A DNA stretch of 35,313 nt from Toensbergia leucococca (GCA_022813965.1 JALDZS010000079.1:62001-97313); one strand, 5' to 3'. Numbered from the stretch's first letter, positions 1 to 12,049 are shown. Numbers and translations are program-made. The notes: generated from the letters alone by a model not told the origin.

Positions 1-419
1 CCGTAGCCATATCCCATTTTTCCCCGCCCTTCATCTTCTTCCTTCCCGCAACGCTTTTCTCCCCGTTCGCAGCGGTGGGTGCATCGGCCACCAACGGAAT
101 CTCGGGTCTTACAGGGATTTGCACTTTTACAGCTTCCTTTGCAGCATTGCCAGCCTCTTTCAGTTTTTGACTTATCTCTTGGTCGGATGCCTTAGCGGCA
201 GCCTCGGCATCCATGGCTTTGATTGTGCGATGATAGAAATCTTGGGAGTGTGAGCGACGGGCATCATTCTGGGGTAACAAGAGAATTAGCACTGTAAATT
301 AGGTACTCCAGCCTAAAGGCTTAACTAAGAGGGCGAGTACAAACGTTGAAGTAGAGAATTGTGAGAATAATACAGGCAACTGAGAAGCCCAGAATCCTCA
401 CCCGTCGCGAGGAAGGCAT
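1..419 (-). CDS. N-terminal part of a probable glutaredoxin (Grx6/7-like, N-terminal membrane anchor); runs off the window edge
   Basis: Not in the ORF track. ATG at 419; exon 419-345 encodes MPSSRRVRILGFSVACIILTILYFN (signal anchor); intron 344-269 (GTTTGT..GCTAAT..CAG); exon 268-<1 encodes NDARRSHSQDFYHRTIKAMD...KSVAGRKKM. This resembles the N-terminus of fungal secretory-pathway glutaredoxins. The catalytic domain is not visible. Confidence 0.6.
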
Positions 420-1155
420 GGCGCACCCCGGGGGTCACGAAAACCGTTCCTGCGCTAGATTCTCAGGCGTATGGTGAAGCTATATCATATAGCTCTAGAT
501 AGGGTATTGTAACAGAGACAGAATCGCTTTGGTTGAGGAACCTGACCCCTTTCAACGCCGGAGACTTAGAAGGATTGTAACCGAGAACATATACAAGCAT
601 ATGACGGGTGAAAAGAATGCTCAAATAAAAGAAGTAAAGGTCGGCACAAGAACAGGGAGGAATATTGTTACCAATTACCAGTTTCCACTGGAAAATCCAA
701 CTGCCTTACCAAAAGTACCGCTAAGTGCCAGCCAACATAGGTGGTGTAGGCGACTCTGCCAACATCCAAAAAGCTTATTTCCCCAGATCCATTCGTGACT
801 CCCTCTCCCCTGTTCCTTGTCCCGCAGTCGTACTCTACTAGGTATCAGCTAACTTACCGAGCTTACGTACGGAGTAGGTAGTGAAATTTCCAAGGGTGGG
901 AAGCTGAAATTGGATTTAAGTATCATTTGATGCTTTACATTAGATACATTAAAAGCCATATTCAATTGACACCCCTTCTTGAAGACATGCAAACAGGCCT
1001 CAACTTAGACGCCGCAATTCTGCTTTATCCCTGGTAAAAGGGTGCCATACATGGCTGGTATCATGGAGCGCCCACCAAAATTCGAGAAAATGTCAAGCAC
1101 CTTCACTTTGTGCCTGAAACCCAAAACGCCTGTCTCCAACACCCGTGATTCTTAC

Positions 1156-3974
1156 TCACGACCCGTTTGCTGCTCTCCGGTCCAAGCCTCTTTTCCCCTG
1201 AACGATCCTAGTCCAGTCTTCCCACTCCTTAGCCATCTCCATCAAAACGTTACTCATCACCCCTGCGGATGCCATCAGTCCATGCCCTTCACCTTCTATC
1301 ACTCGTACTTCGCATCTTCTCATCGTCTTGCCCAGCCATTTCACATTCTCCACAGGAACTCTACTGTCTCTGCTGCCATGATGAATCACTACTGCTCTTG
1401 TAATATCAACGTATCTAAAGCCGATTGGCTGGCGCCGCTCAAGACATACTAGCAAATCAACCGCCGGGTTAGCATTTGTGGTAGCAAGCTCCCAAATACC
1501 ATGTGCGAGACGAGTGTCGTAGTCGGTCTGACGCTGTTTTCCGGCCAAGATCTGTTCGACGCCCTCGGGGCCTGCGGCCGGGTGTGCGTATATAGTTTCG
1601 CCGAACTCACGCTCCTGCATTTGGGGGAAGACTGTAGAATGTCGACGAGCACTGGAAGTCGTATGCTCAGGCGTCCCGCTATCTGTAGCATCCTGGGCAT
1701 CCCGATTCAGACTTTTGCGCTTGGAACGGCTTGGCGACTTTGGTAAGCTGGTAGTAATGCTGGCACTCGTGGTGCTTAAGAAGCTTGAGTTAGCGGCCTT
1801 GAGGAAAGGTGTAGGTAAAGATCTTAAGATACGTTGCGAATAAGGTAAGGCACTAATGGGAAGGGAGCCTTGACGACTACCGATAGCTGACATTTGGGAC
1901 GGTGGGATCCACGGCGCCAGGAGATGTATCCGGCCGCGGATAGATTGAGGTATGCGAAGTGCAGTAGCCAAAGCGTATATTGCTCCAGCAGAATGGGCCA
2001 ATACCGAAAACTTTGTAATCTTCAGGTGTTGACAGATGGCAAGGACATCGTCTAGTGATTGCAATTAGCAAAAGTCATCATGCGCTTCTTTATGTTCCTA
2101 CCTGGCCAGCCTAATGGAGTTTCAGAATTGTCTACATGAGCTTCGCTCTCTCCGACCCCTGGACGGTCAGGTGTGAGGAGCCGGAGCTTCAATGTCAAAG
2201 CCAACTCGTCATAAAAGGCCGTGATGTATCTCGTAAGACCCATTCCGACACAGCAGATCACTACCGAGCCAGTGGGATCGCCAACCTCAGAGAAAGATAT
2301 CATTCGGCCAGTCTGTGGATGGCGAATTTTCTGCGATAGTCTTGGCGACGAGAGATAAGCATCTAGCGTGCCATCAATTGAGTTGGCGCTCGCTGGTCGG
2401 TCATCGATCTGGGTGCTCCGTGAAAATGTCCTACCGCGTTTCTCTGTAGGACTAATGGGACGAGAAAGTCGTACCAGGCGAGTACTAGACCTTCTGGAAG
2501 GCGCACGCTGCTTCTGCGGGACTTCGAGGGGTGAAAGCTTCTGAGGAAGTCTGCTTGGTAGGGAATTAATCCGAGATGTGCTAGGCCGGACGTTGCTTCG
2601 CTCAGACGCTATGTACGGCTTCCTGCGGAAGTTCATTGTAGGTACGCCTTGAGTAGCTTTCAAGTTTCCGAAAACCTCCACAGGCATATCAGTGAACGAG
2701 CTCTGCTCAGAGGACAGACTAAGAGACGCCGGACTAGATCGATAGCTTGGCACTGCCAAAGATGCACGTTTTGTATCTACTGTCACAGGGTTATCCCTTT
2801 TTTTCTTCTGTTCCCTTAATTCCCTTATCCTCCTTGAAACTTCGTCTTCAGCGGCGTCGTCAGAGATGTCCTGAAATACCTCGTTCGGTGACTCGTATGG
2901 TACTGGCGACGATTCTCTTGCCTCAGGCGACACGTTATCTGCAGACCTATGAGAGTTCGGTTTGCCATGCGTTGGACTTGTACCCTGGCTGTAACGTAAA
3001 GAAGACCTTCTTGTAGGTATGGTCCGCCCGTGCCTGATACTTCCAGGACTTCCATTTCGCACGTGCATTAGTGTTTCTAGCCCCCCTGTGAGGATAGCCT
3101 TTTGTGCAGACGCAGCGCGAACGGGTACATGAGGATGTGTTGGGTTCAAATTTTGACCGCGGACACCTTCGAATGTTAAGACAGGTTTAGATGAAGACAG
3201 GTTCAGGCCGTCAACTCCAGCGTCAGTATTCGGTAAATTGCTGGCGTCTTCATCAATGATACAGTTTCCGTGCCCTTGTCTCTGATCCATGTTCTGGATA
3301 TGCTTCTGAGAGGTCTTGGATGCTAATGAATGGCGATTTTTGAAGCTCTTTCTGCCTCCATTGGCGGTGATAACAGTGCTTCCAATTTGGTACTTCTCAT
3401 CAAAGCTTGGATTCCCAATACTGCTGTTTTCTTTGGAACGAAGCACAGCTTGGTATGCTGAATCTGCCCAGTCCGGGGTAAGATTGCTTTGTTGAGAAAT
3501 CCGTTTTGGCAAAGCGATAAAAGACAGATCGGATGGAGGTCTTGACTTGCCTACCGGCGATGCCAACACCCCCCCTTCAAAAGCGGCAGAGTCGTTTTCT
3601 AGCAAATCGGATGGTTTCTTGTGGGTGGTGTAATCCATGCCAAATCCGATTTGGGCAGGCGACGTCGGCCGTTGGTCATATACATAGTCATCGAGGCTGT
3701 CGTGTGGAGGAAGTGCTTTGTGAACAGGATGCGACGGCTCGGGTGTCGAAGGCGACGAAGCTATGCTGGGTAGAGTGCCATCAGACTGGTCTGCGGGGGA
3801 AGAGATAGCGGCAAGAGTCGATATGAGAGAAGATATGACTTCGGGAGAAGCTGGATGAACTGTCACGCGATTCGCAGAGCGTCGGGGAGCAGGTGTAGAG
3901 GAGAGGATTGGTCGGCGCTGCTGGTCTCTCGGGAGCAATGAAGTTCGCGCTGGAATGGCGGGAGCGGAAGCCAT
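1156..3974 (-). CDS. Alpha/beta-hydrolase fold protein with a long low-complexity N-terminus
   Basis: Exons 3974-2102 and 2051-1156, joined across a 50-nt intron (GTAGGA..GCTAAT..TAG) to read ..LGWPDDVLAICQ... Motifs: GRMISFSEVGDP, PDRPGVGES, nucleophile elbow AHSAG, HGSRDSRVP (Asp), EGEGHGL (His). Confidence 0.9.
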
Positions 3975-4361
3975 GATCAGCTGTAGGCGCCGGAATGCAG
4001 ATCAAAGGGGGCACGGCTGAGGACAAGCGGCCGGACAGAAGCCATTTCAGGCATGAGCAGTCCGACTTCGAATGTAATCGATAGGGGCTTGTTCTACGAA
4101 AATAGAGTAGGTAGATAAATCTAAATCGTAAGAGTTCTAAGATTGTTAGATAGTCGCCCTCTCGCCCTAATACACTTCGGATTCAGGGGCTATCCTAGAG
4201 CGAGTGCCTGGTGGCGCCGCAGCTAGAATATATCATATCACGGTTTCGCATGTCCTAATCTCCTATGTAACACTCTACTCACAATGAATCTACTCCGCTA
4301 CTCGCACCTATCGAGCTTACTAGATCGCCTCCGTTACCCTTATGATCTTGCGAAGAGCTCA

Positions 4362-5395
4362 ATGGATTCTTTTTCGATCCCCGTTCTTTCTTTCCTTGTC
4401 ATTCCCACCTTCTCATCTTATTCTACCTCCCTTAATCTTTTATTCTTCTATCTAACATGGTCAACTCTCATCCTCTCCAACTCGCGACTGAAGGTTGAAG
4501 TCCTCGGTACTCTGGCAATCCGAGTACTGTTTTATCTCTTGCCGTCCCTATGCTTTCTGCTCTTTGACACCGTCGTCCCAGCCATCGCTGCGAGTATCAA
4601 AGAGCATGGCAACGTTGCGTTGCCAACAAGCCATGAACAAGGTAGCAGGAAAGGTCGTTGGTGGAGAGTTGTCCTTGTTAGTACTGGAAATGTGCTTCTC
4701 GGCGTCACCTTTCAAGCCGGCATAGAATATTCCTTCACCGAGGTGCTTCACATCCGTAGCGCGCTCAGAGTCACGACCACCCTCCCAATGCCGTGGGGAA
4801 TAGCGAAGGACCTCTTCCGTGGCCTTCTCCTGCGTGAGGTCAATATGCTGTCTTATGCAGTCTCCCGTAACTTGTCAGTAGCTAAGACATTCCGCAGGCA
4901 ATGACCTACTGTTTGCATCGCTATGCTCTTCACTCCTCCTCCTCGCCTCTTCATCGTTCCCACATGAACTGGCAGCACTCGGTCCCAGCTCCCTATAGTT
5001 TTGTCGCGCATTATGACATGCCTCTACCTTACCTACTTCACGTTTTCTTGCCCACGTACTTACCCGCCCTGGTTTTTCGCATGCATCTTTTGACTTATCA
5101 CATATATCTTTCCATCGTTTCTCTCGAAGAGACTTTTGCTTACAGCGGATATAATGTATTGCCTGGTGCTTTTATCCTAGGGGGCATTGCGAGGAGGCAG
5201 GAGCTGCATTTAATGAATAAAGGGAAAGGCAATTATGGATGCCTTGGGATCATGGACCCGATTATGGGTACTAATGTGGAGGAAGAGACAGCGGACAGTA
5301 TTAGAGATGAAGTGGAGGATCGTAACGTAGTAGAAAAGGTGAAAGAGAAACGAAAGGGGACCGGAAGGAAGGGAAGAGGTAAGGGGACAATATAA
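4362..5395 (+). CDS. Fatty-acid hydroxylase/sterol desaturase-like membrane protein with degenerate His boxes
   Basis: Likely ATG at 4362 (alternative 4284); intron 4839-4897 joins ..LLLRE|AMTYCLHRYALH... Several hydrophobic helices, plus EETFAYSGY and GNYGCLGIMDPIMGT segments resembling the family C-terminus. Confidence 0.75.
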
Positions 5396-5730
5396 CGGTA
5401 CGCTATCCGGAAGTTTTGACGTCAACACTTGGATGGGAACAATTGAGTTGGAACATGGGCTGGGCTTGGGATATCGCCGTATGGTCATTTTGTCACAATG
5501 CTTATTTCGTTTCTGTATCACAATGTTGGTCTTCTTAAATGGGCAAAGGTAGTAAATGTTTAAATTGTTTTATTGTTGAAGCTTGCGAGATACAAAGGCA
5601 AGTAGCTATGAGGCCATACTAGCACTGGCTCCATACTTACATAGAGCATCTAATGCTTGTAACGAGCAAGATTCCCTGTTCGCAGCCGCTGTCACCACCC
5701 ATAGAGTTCCCATGCTTTCGTCCTCACAGT

Positions 5731-6602
5731 TCACCACTTCATCTCATGTGGCCGGTCACCCTTTCGTAGGCTGAATGAGCTTCGAAGATACTCCAAAAGA
5801 TGTGGCTCCCTCTTGATGTTAGTCAAAATTGCCTTATCAACAGCTTTCTGGTCGCTGGCACGTGCACTCGCAACCTTCTTCTTCTATAATCGACGAGTGT
5901 CAGCAAATTCATATATACTTCTTTCGTTTATTCTCGAATAGTATCCATTTATCGCATCACTAACCTCTGGCTTTTCCCCCTGCTTGAAGAATGCTTCTTC
6001 CCCCACCTTGGAATCTTTCTTTTCTCTCGTAAAGTAGCCAGTCTCCCCAGCCTTTTCTACGGTTTTCTCGTCGATACCATTCAATTCTACTTTCGCCGAT
6101 GTTGCAATCACATATCTCGAATTGACTCTTCGGAGAGGGACGCCGTTGATTTTGAAAGGACCAGTAACCAGAAGGACGCCTTGGGGGAGGTGCTTTAGTA
6201 GAATGACGCGCTTGCCACGAAAACGACCAGCGAGCAGGATGAGGACGACGCCAGGCTGGAGGGTAGAACGAGTTTTGGTCGGTCTAATAGACTTGCGAAC
6301 CTGATGAAAGAATAATTAGCCCCCGCTCATCTCGAGACGAAAAAAATGTACAGTGAATGACTGTCATATTAGCTTGTAAAGGCCAAATTTGAGAGGAGGC
6401 GTTCAGATCAAAGGCCAAGTATCTCCAAGTCGTTGCCTCAGATGTATCGTGGGATTTGCGAACATACCTTCTTCGGCTTGCTCTCATCCTCGGCAGGATA
6501 GAACTTCTTGGCTTTCTGGGTGTGGTGTGGTATGTGTCTCTCGCCTTTTCCGAACTTCTTCGTCGTTCCAGTAGGCTCACTCGATGTTTGTTTCGCCGAC
6601 AT
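5731..6602 (-). CDS. RPL6: 60S ribosomal protein L6 (eL6)
   Basis: Exons 6602-6468, 6300-5965, 5883-5731. Encodes [45 protein letters not shown] and C-terminal [14 protein letters not shown]. Confidence 0.97.
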
Positions 6603-6793
6603 GACGGTGATGGAGTCAAATTGATTACTGTCGTTGGATGATAGAACGCCTGTCAAATAGTGGCATTTGTGTGCCGAGAGTTCCCAGGCATTTCGCTTGT
6701 TGCCGAGTCGGGCAGATGCTGATTGGACAACCTTATTTTATAACCATGCTCACTTCACTTCTTACACTGTACAGAAACCTTTTGCATATCGCC

Positions 6794-8308
6794 ATGTCCA
6801 TCACTCCGATCATAACATTTAAGGCCGGCATCTGCGACCTAGATGTACGTTCAAACACACTTGCTGCAGCGTAAAACATTCTGAATGATGAGAACGCCAC
6901 TAACACCAAGGGCAGACCAATGTGACCCCTCCCAAAGTGCTGCCGAAGCCGACTCCTGGCTTCATCTACCTCTGGGAGGAAGATGATCTGATACGTTTCT
7001 GCTGGCGGCCCAGATCCGCGTCTTCAAGCCAACCAGAACTTGAGCTCATTATGGTACCTTGCGATGGAACTTTTGCACCTTACGAACGCAGCAGACCAGA
7101 CGCAACATCCAAACCTCCGACGAATGGCCGAATCTACGTTCTCAAATTCCGGTCCAGCTCTCAAAGACATCTATTCTGGCTCCAATCAAAGAGCCAACAC
7201 GCGCAAGGAGATCCAAGCTGGTTTAGTCCTAGAGATCTAAAATGGGGCAAAATTGTCGATGAGCTCTTGCAAGGACAAAGAGTCGATGTATCAGGAGAGC
7301 TGGCCAATACCTCTGAAAATCCTGGGGGGCCTGGCGACGATAATGATGAAACGATGGAAGATGCTGAAGGTGCGAGTGGAGACGCAGAGCGTCATCAGGG
7401 AGGCAGTGGTGGCGCAGGTGTAGATGCCACTGGTGGGGATATCAGAGAAGAGGGTGAAGCATCCAGGGAGGGCGGCGCTGATGGTGGACGAGCGTAGGTA
7501 CTATTTTTTCTTCCTTCAAGGAGCACTTAGGGGCGTAAATCATCTTTGAATGTCGGATGATTGCATGGGTTCTTTTCACCTAAAATGGCAACATGGTTTT
7601 AGATGCAAGACGGGTAATGCTCGAGTACAAGTAAACATACGAGTGCAGAGTCCCACTAGATAAAGCCCTGCCAGGAGTCGTACTCCATCATTGTGTGCTA
7701 TGTTGAACGCCATCGATATTACGCAGGGCTAACGAATGAGTTTTAGTGCACCCGCACCTTCTGACGATGCCGCAGTTGCAGTTCAAAACTTCCTAAGATC
7801 CTTACAGGGGAGCGGAGCCATGGATGCTCCAAATGAGGCGGCATCTCAATTCGCCACACTTCCAGATCTACTTCCGTCGTCATCGACGATACCGGTCATC
7901 GAATCTGCAGACGTAGCTTTCGTCAACACCCTCCTCTCGTACATACCACTCACCCTACTCCTTCTCGCCCAAGAAGTGGACGATGTTTCTTCTGTGGAGC
8001 CAACCCCGGAGACTGCATCAGCAGCAATGGAAGCTCTCACTTTAGAGCAAAAGAAAGAAATATTAATTAAGGTGCTTCGGTCACCACAGTTTTCCCAAAG
8101 CTTAAGTAGCCTGACCTTAGCATTGCGAGATGGAGGTTTGCCGAGCATCAGTGACGCATTGGGAATCGAGATTGAAAATGGTGGATTCGTGCGTAGAAGC
8201 GGACAGCCGGTAGGGGGCGGACAAGCGATTGAGGCGTTCTTAAACGGAATTAGAGCAGCGGTGGCTAAGAAGAAGGAGGGGAGTGATGGGAAAATGAACA
8301 TTAATTAG
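6794..8308 (+). CDS. RPN13: Proteasome ubiquitin receptor Rpn13/ADRM1 (Pru domain plus C-terminal UCH37-binding DEUBAD-like domain)
   Basis: Exons 6794-6844 (MSITPIITFKAGICDLD), 6916-7493 (GFIYL..FCWRPR..TNGRIYVLKFRSSSQRHLFWLQ) and 7747-8308 (VLRSPQFSQSLSSLTLALRDGGLP..IEAFL). Intron phases are consistent. Confidence 0.9.
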
Positions 8309-8732
8309 CTAATCGTGGAGATAGGTTTCAAGTTGAATTCATCAGAAGGACGAGAAATAAAATATCCTAGAAAATTCATACATTTCTGACTAAAGATGTC
8401 TAAAGCTAATATCTATGTCTGCTTTTGTAACGCAAAACGGAGGTACTCCGTAGTTTCCGTGTTATTCACAGATGGAGCCATAGGGCTGACAGCACTCCGT
8501 TTGTCGACGTGCCAAGAGACCCATCCCTGCGTTGATGCCATCAAAGATATGCATATCCGTACTGTATGGAGTACATATTTTTGCGCCGGTATTCTTTCAC
8601 ATTGCCATTCCCCTACTCTACACTAGAATCACTTGCACAGAGACTTTATGGCCTACTAGCTTTCTTTACGCCCTCAGAACAAAAGCCATGTTAGACCAAG
8701 CAAACGGCCACACGACCTAGTTAGCCTCAATA

Positions 8733-10636
8733 ATGACCACTCCTCAGGCCTTCATATCAAGCTACGCGCCTCGATTACGAGCTTATGCCAATTCGCTCCT
8801 CACTCCAGTCATACAGCCCGCCACCGCCCAGAATGCCCCTCTGTCGCGGACAACCAAACGCGGCACCATTGCGATTAATTATGCCGAAAACGAATACGAC
8901 GATGATGACTTTGACGACAGTGAGGGACCAAGACGGCCGACGGGCCTGCGGAGTAGGAGAGAAGACCCTTATCAATCAAAGGATGGCGCTGTGGATAAAT
9001 TAGGCAAGCACTTAACTAGCCCCGTCGAAGTCCAGGGAATCTGGAGAGACTGGATGGGGAAACCCAAGCTGGTAAAGTAAGCGTCAACAGTCAGCAACAT
9101 CGTCTGCGTGTTTCGACTACTAACTCCACCTCGCCCAGGACGGATAAGCAGCTCTATACGCAAATTGCGCTCCCCTTGACTCTCATACCCATCCGTATAG
9201 ATCTTGACATACCTTCCTTCACCCCCCACCCAGCTCTTCCGCTCCCGTCGGATGCGCAACATTTTGGGATCAATCCCTCGCTTCCAGCTTACAAGACACC
9301 AGAGCCTACCCCTCCATACCGCCTAAAAGATGTCATTCTTTGGAATCTGCACGAGACTTTGATAACAACAGACCAGTTTGCCACGATCCTCATACATGAT
9401 CTCGACCTACCCAATGCCGCAGGCCTTGCAATTCAAGTCAGCAATCAGATCCGAGAGCAACTCGAGGAATATGCAGGCGTTGCATTACATCCATTGTTTC
9501 ATTCGACCAATACGACTTCTAATCATGAGACTGCCAACCCTATTCCCGGCGCTGGACCGCGAGACGAGTCAGCAACTCCCATACCTGCAGATCCGGGTAC
9601 GCCTCTTACAAATGGCAACATTCAAACAAATGGCCACAAACGGTCTGCTAAAAATATTTCAATTGTAGCTTCACCTTTACTAGCTACTACATCTGATGAG
9701 TACAACCCAGACGATACGTACAGGTGTATCATTACACTCAACATTAATATGCAGAATAAGCTCTATACCGACCGATTTGAATGGTCGCTCTTGCATCCCG
9801 CAGGTGTGGCTGAGCACTTCGCAAAGCAAACATGTGCGGACATTGGTCTGGCTGGGGAATGGATACCAGCTATGACACATGCTATCTACGAAGCTGTTCT
9901 GCGATTGAAAAAGGAAGCTTGTGAAGCCGGTGGACTGGTGGGCGGCAATGGTTACGGTGGTGAAATCGATAATCTAGCGATTGATGGGAAAGAGGCTGGA
10001 TGGAGGTTTGACAACGAACATCTTGCCGATGAATGGGAGCCTAAAGTCGAAACGTTATCAAAAGAAGAGATTGAAAAGAGGGAAGGCGATAGAGAGAGGC
10101 AAATCCGGCGATTGCGTAGGGAGACCGCCAGGTTCTCCTCGACAACAAACATGGTCGGAGGCATTCCAACATCCAATGGGTACTTCGATCAGCCCGAGAG
10201 TAGTGAAACGCCCATGGGGAGAGGGGAGAGAAGCAAGAAAAAGAAGAGGTTCAGAAGTCTTAGCCCTTTGGCCAGAGGAGGCACACCAGGTGGAAGAGGA
10301 ACCCCCGATACAGGTGCTGCAGGCTATGGTGGTGGTGGCGGTCTAAACGCTTGGTAATGTGTGATCTATCGAATGAAGAGGAGAAAGGCTAACATCGGCA
10401 AATAGGGAGAGACAAACGTGGCGGTGTTCTCACTGCTTGGTACATGGATCGGCCGTTTGGGCTGTCAGAGATGGGCCCCTCGGGCCGAGAGTAAGTTGCG
10501 GCTTTACTTTGGAGGACTTTGCTAATTCTCCCAGTCGTTGTGTAACACCTGCGGTCTCACCTTTGAACACGACAAACGCCTGCCACCTTGGTCGAAGGGT
10601 CTGCATTACCAGGATGTTCCCCTTGGCGCACGCTGA
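8733..10636 (+). CDS. SFH1: RSC chromatin-remodelling subunit Sfh1 (SNF5 family) with a C-terminal GATA-type zinc finger
   Basis: Exons 8733-9076, 9139-10353, 10406-10490, 10535-10636. SNF5 repeats LIPIRIDLD..KDVILWNLHE and YTDRFEWSL, plus EEIEKREGDRERQIRRLRRE. The last two exons give CSHC-x20-CNTC. Confidence 0.92.
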
Positions 10637-10862
10637 TCGTTCTTTTTGTTTCGTTTCATTTCCTATAATTTTGAACACTTGGGACAGTGACGGTGTATGA
10701 TATAGGGTTTACAAGGCGCACCCAAAGGCACGTTGGTCAAAAATTGATGATCATATTTGTACTCTAAAACCTAGAACACGGAAGTCAATGTGGCAATAGG
10801 TGATGAAGCTGAAAGTGCTGCCTTCTTCTTCTCTTCGTCTTCTACTATCACCATGAGCATGT

Positions 10863-11486
10863 TCACCGCGACATTCGGTCCTCCGTTCCAGCATTTCCGT
10901 CAGATGATCTTTTCGCTTTAGGCATGTCCACAGGCTCCTGGGACATTGATCAGCCTTACATCTAAAGCGAACGCCGATTCAAGACTGGCCTTACCGATAC
11001 AGCTCTCCGTTTCCTCGCCACCAGATCGCGATTTCCTTTCATCCACGCTTTAATAATGGCTTTGGCCGCGCTAATCTTTTTGGCCCCGTTGCCTGCACAC
11101 AGGACCAAGTTCTGACTGCCGTGGATGCTGAGTCCCGCCTGCACCTTGACGTTGACGCTTCTCTCTCCGCTCACACCAGCTTGCTTCATTGCGACGGTGA
11201 TCAGACCCGCCAGCCGAGTCGACGATTCACTCAAGGGAGACAATTGGATGGTGTTGCAATGGCCGGTGATGTGGGTGGAGGCATCGACGGTGATGGTAAT
11301 GGGTACAGGCTGGAGCGCGTCTTCGTCTCCGTCTTCGTCATCGTCATCATTTTCGGATCCGGGCCAGGGGTTAATGGAGGGGGTGTAGGGTGGTGGTGGA
11401 GCTAGTGGGGCTGAAATAGGTGCGGAGGAGAGGACGGAGGATATTACTTTCTGGGATTGGGGGTTGAGAGTTGTCGGCGCTGCCAT
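10863..11486 (-). CDS. Small hypothetical protein (Pro-rich and acidic N-terminus, basic C-terminal NLS-like RKRR)
   Basis: Exon 11486-10995, intron 10994-10938 (GTAAGG..GCTGAT..CAG), exon 10937-10863, giving ..RKRRAVS|EPVDMPKAKRS..*. Two similar beta-like motifs: ITVDASTHITGHCNTI and VKVQAGLSIHGSQNLV. Confidence 0.7.
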
Positions 11487-11663
11487 GATGTGAAGGGTAT
11501 TGATGATAATGTGTTTGGCCGGAGGAAATAGAGAATGTTCCTAGCAGGAAAGAGGTCGAAAGATGAAGGCTGATCAATATGAGGAAATGGCATTTTTGCG
11601 GATGGTCGCCATCTAAATAATATTGGGGAAACTATAGTATGGTGTACGGGACATTACTGTAGT

Positions 11664-11944
11664 CAATAGTGAATAGATTCAACGGTGCATCAATAGGGAA
11701 AAATGACCTGGATGGAATCTCGCTTACTATTGTGATGGGTCAATAAGACGCAACCCTATTGATGCAATTTGATCCGCGTCCCACTCCCTTACGCTTTATA
11801 ATTAGCACTCTGGAATTTACTATGCTTTGAGAATCATTCGCCATTTTCTTGGTCCTTGTTTGTATTGAGATGCTGGGATTGCAGGCCATTTACGATGACT
11901 AGAAACCCCGTGTCCTGCTATTGTACTATTTCGCTTACTATTGT
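11664..11944. promoter_or_regulatory. Cluster of CTATTG/CAATAG motifs with a 13-bp inverted repeat and a 14-bp direct repeat upstream of the small hypothetical gene
   Basis: CAATAG at 11664 and 11691; CTATTG at 11727, 11756, 11918 and 11938. Inverted repeat TGCATCAATAGGG (11686-11698) / CCCTATTGATGCA (11754-11766). Direct repeat TCGCTTACTATTGT at 11720 and 11931. Confidence 0.5.
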
Positions 11945-12049
11945 CGAGATTCATGCCACCTCAAAGTCACGACCCAACAATACCAAGGGGGTAAATTGTG
12001 CTTCCATCGCATGTCTCAAATCATGCTGCATCATATCTTCAATTCCAAC

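Noticed and set aside
1042..1746. Antisense and alternative-frame ORFs over the hydrolase, and similar ones throughout the window
   Set aside because: Shadow ORFs of real genes with no independent coding signal.
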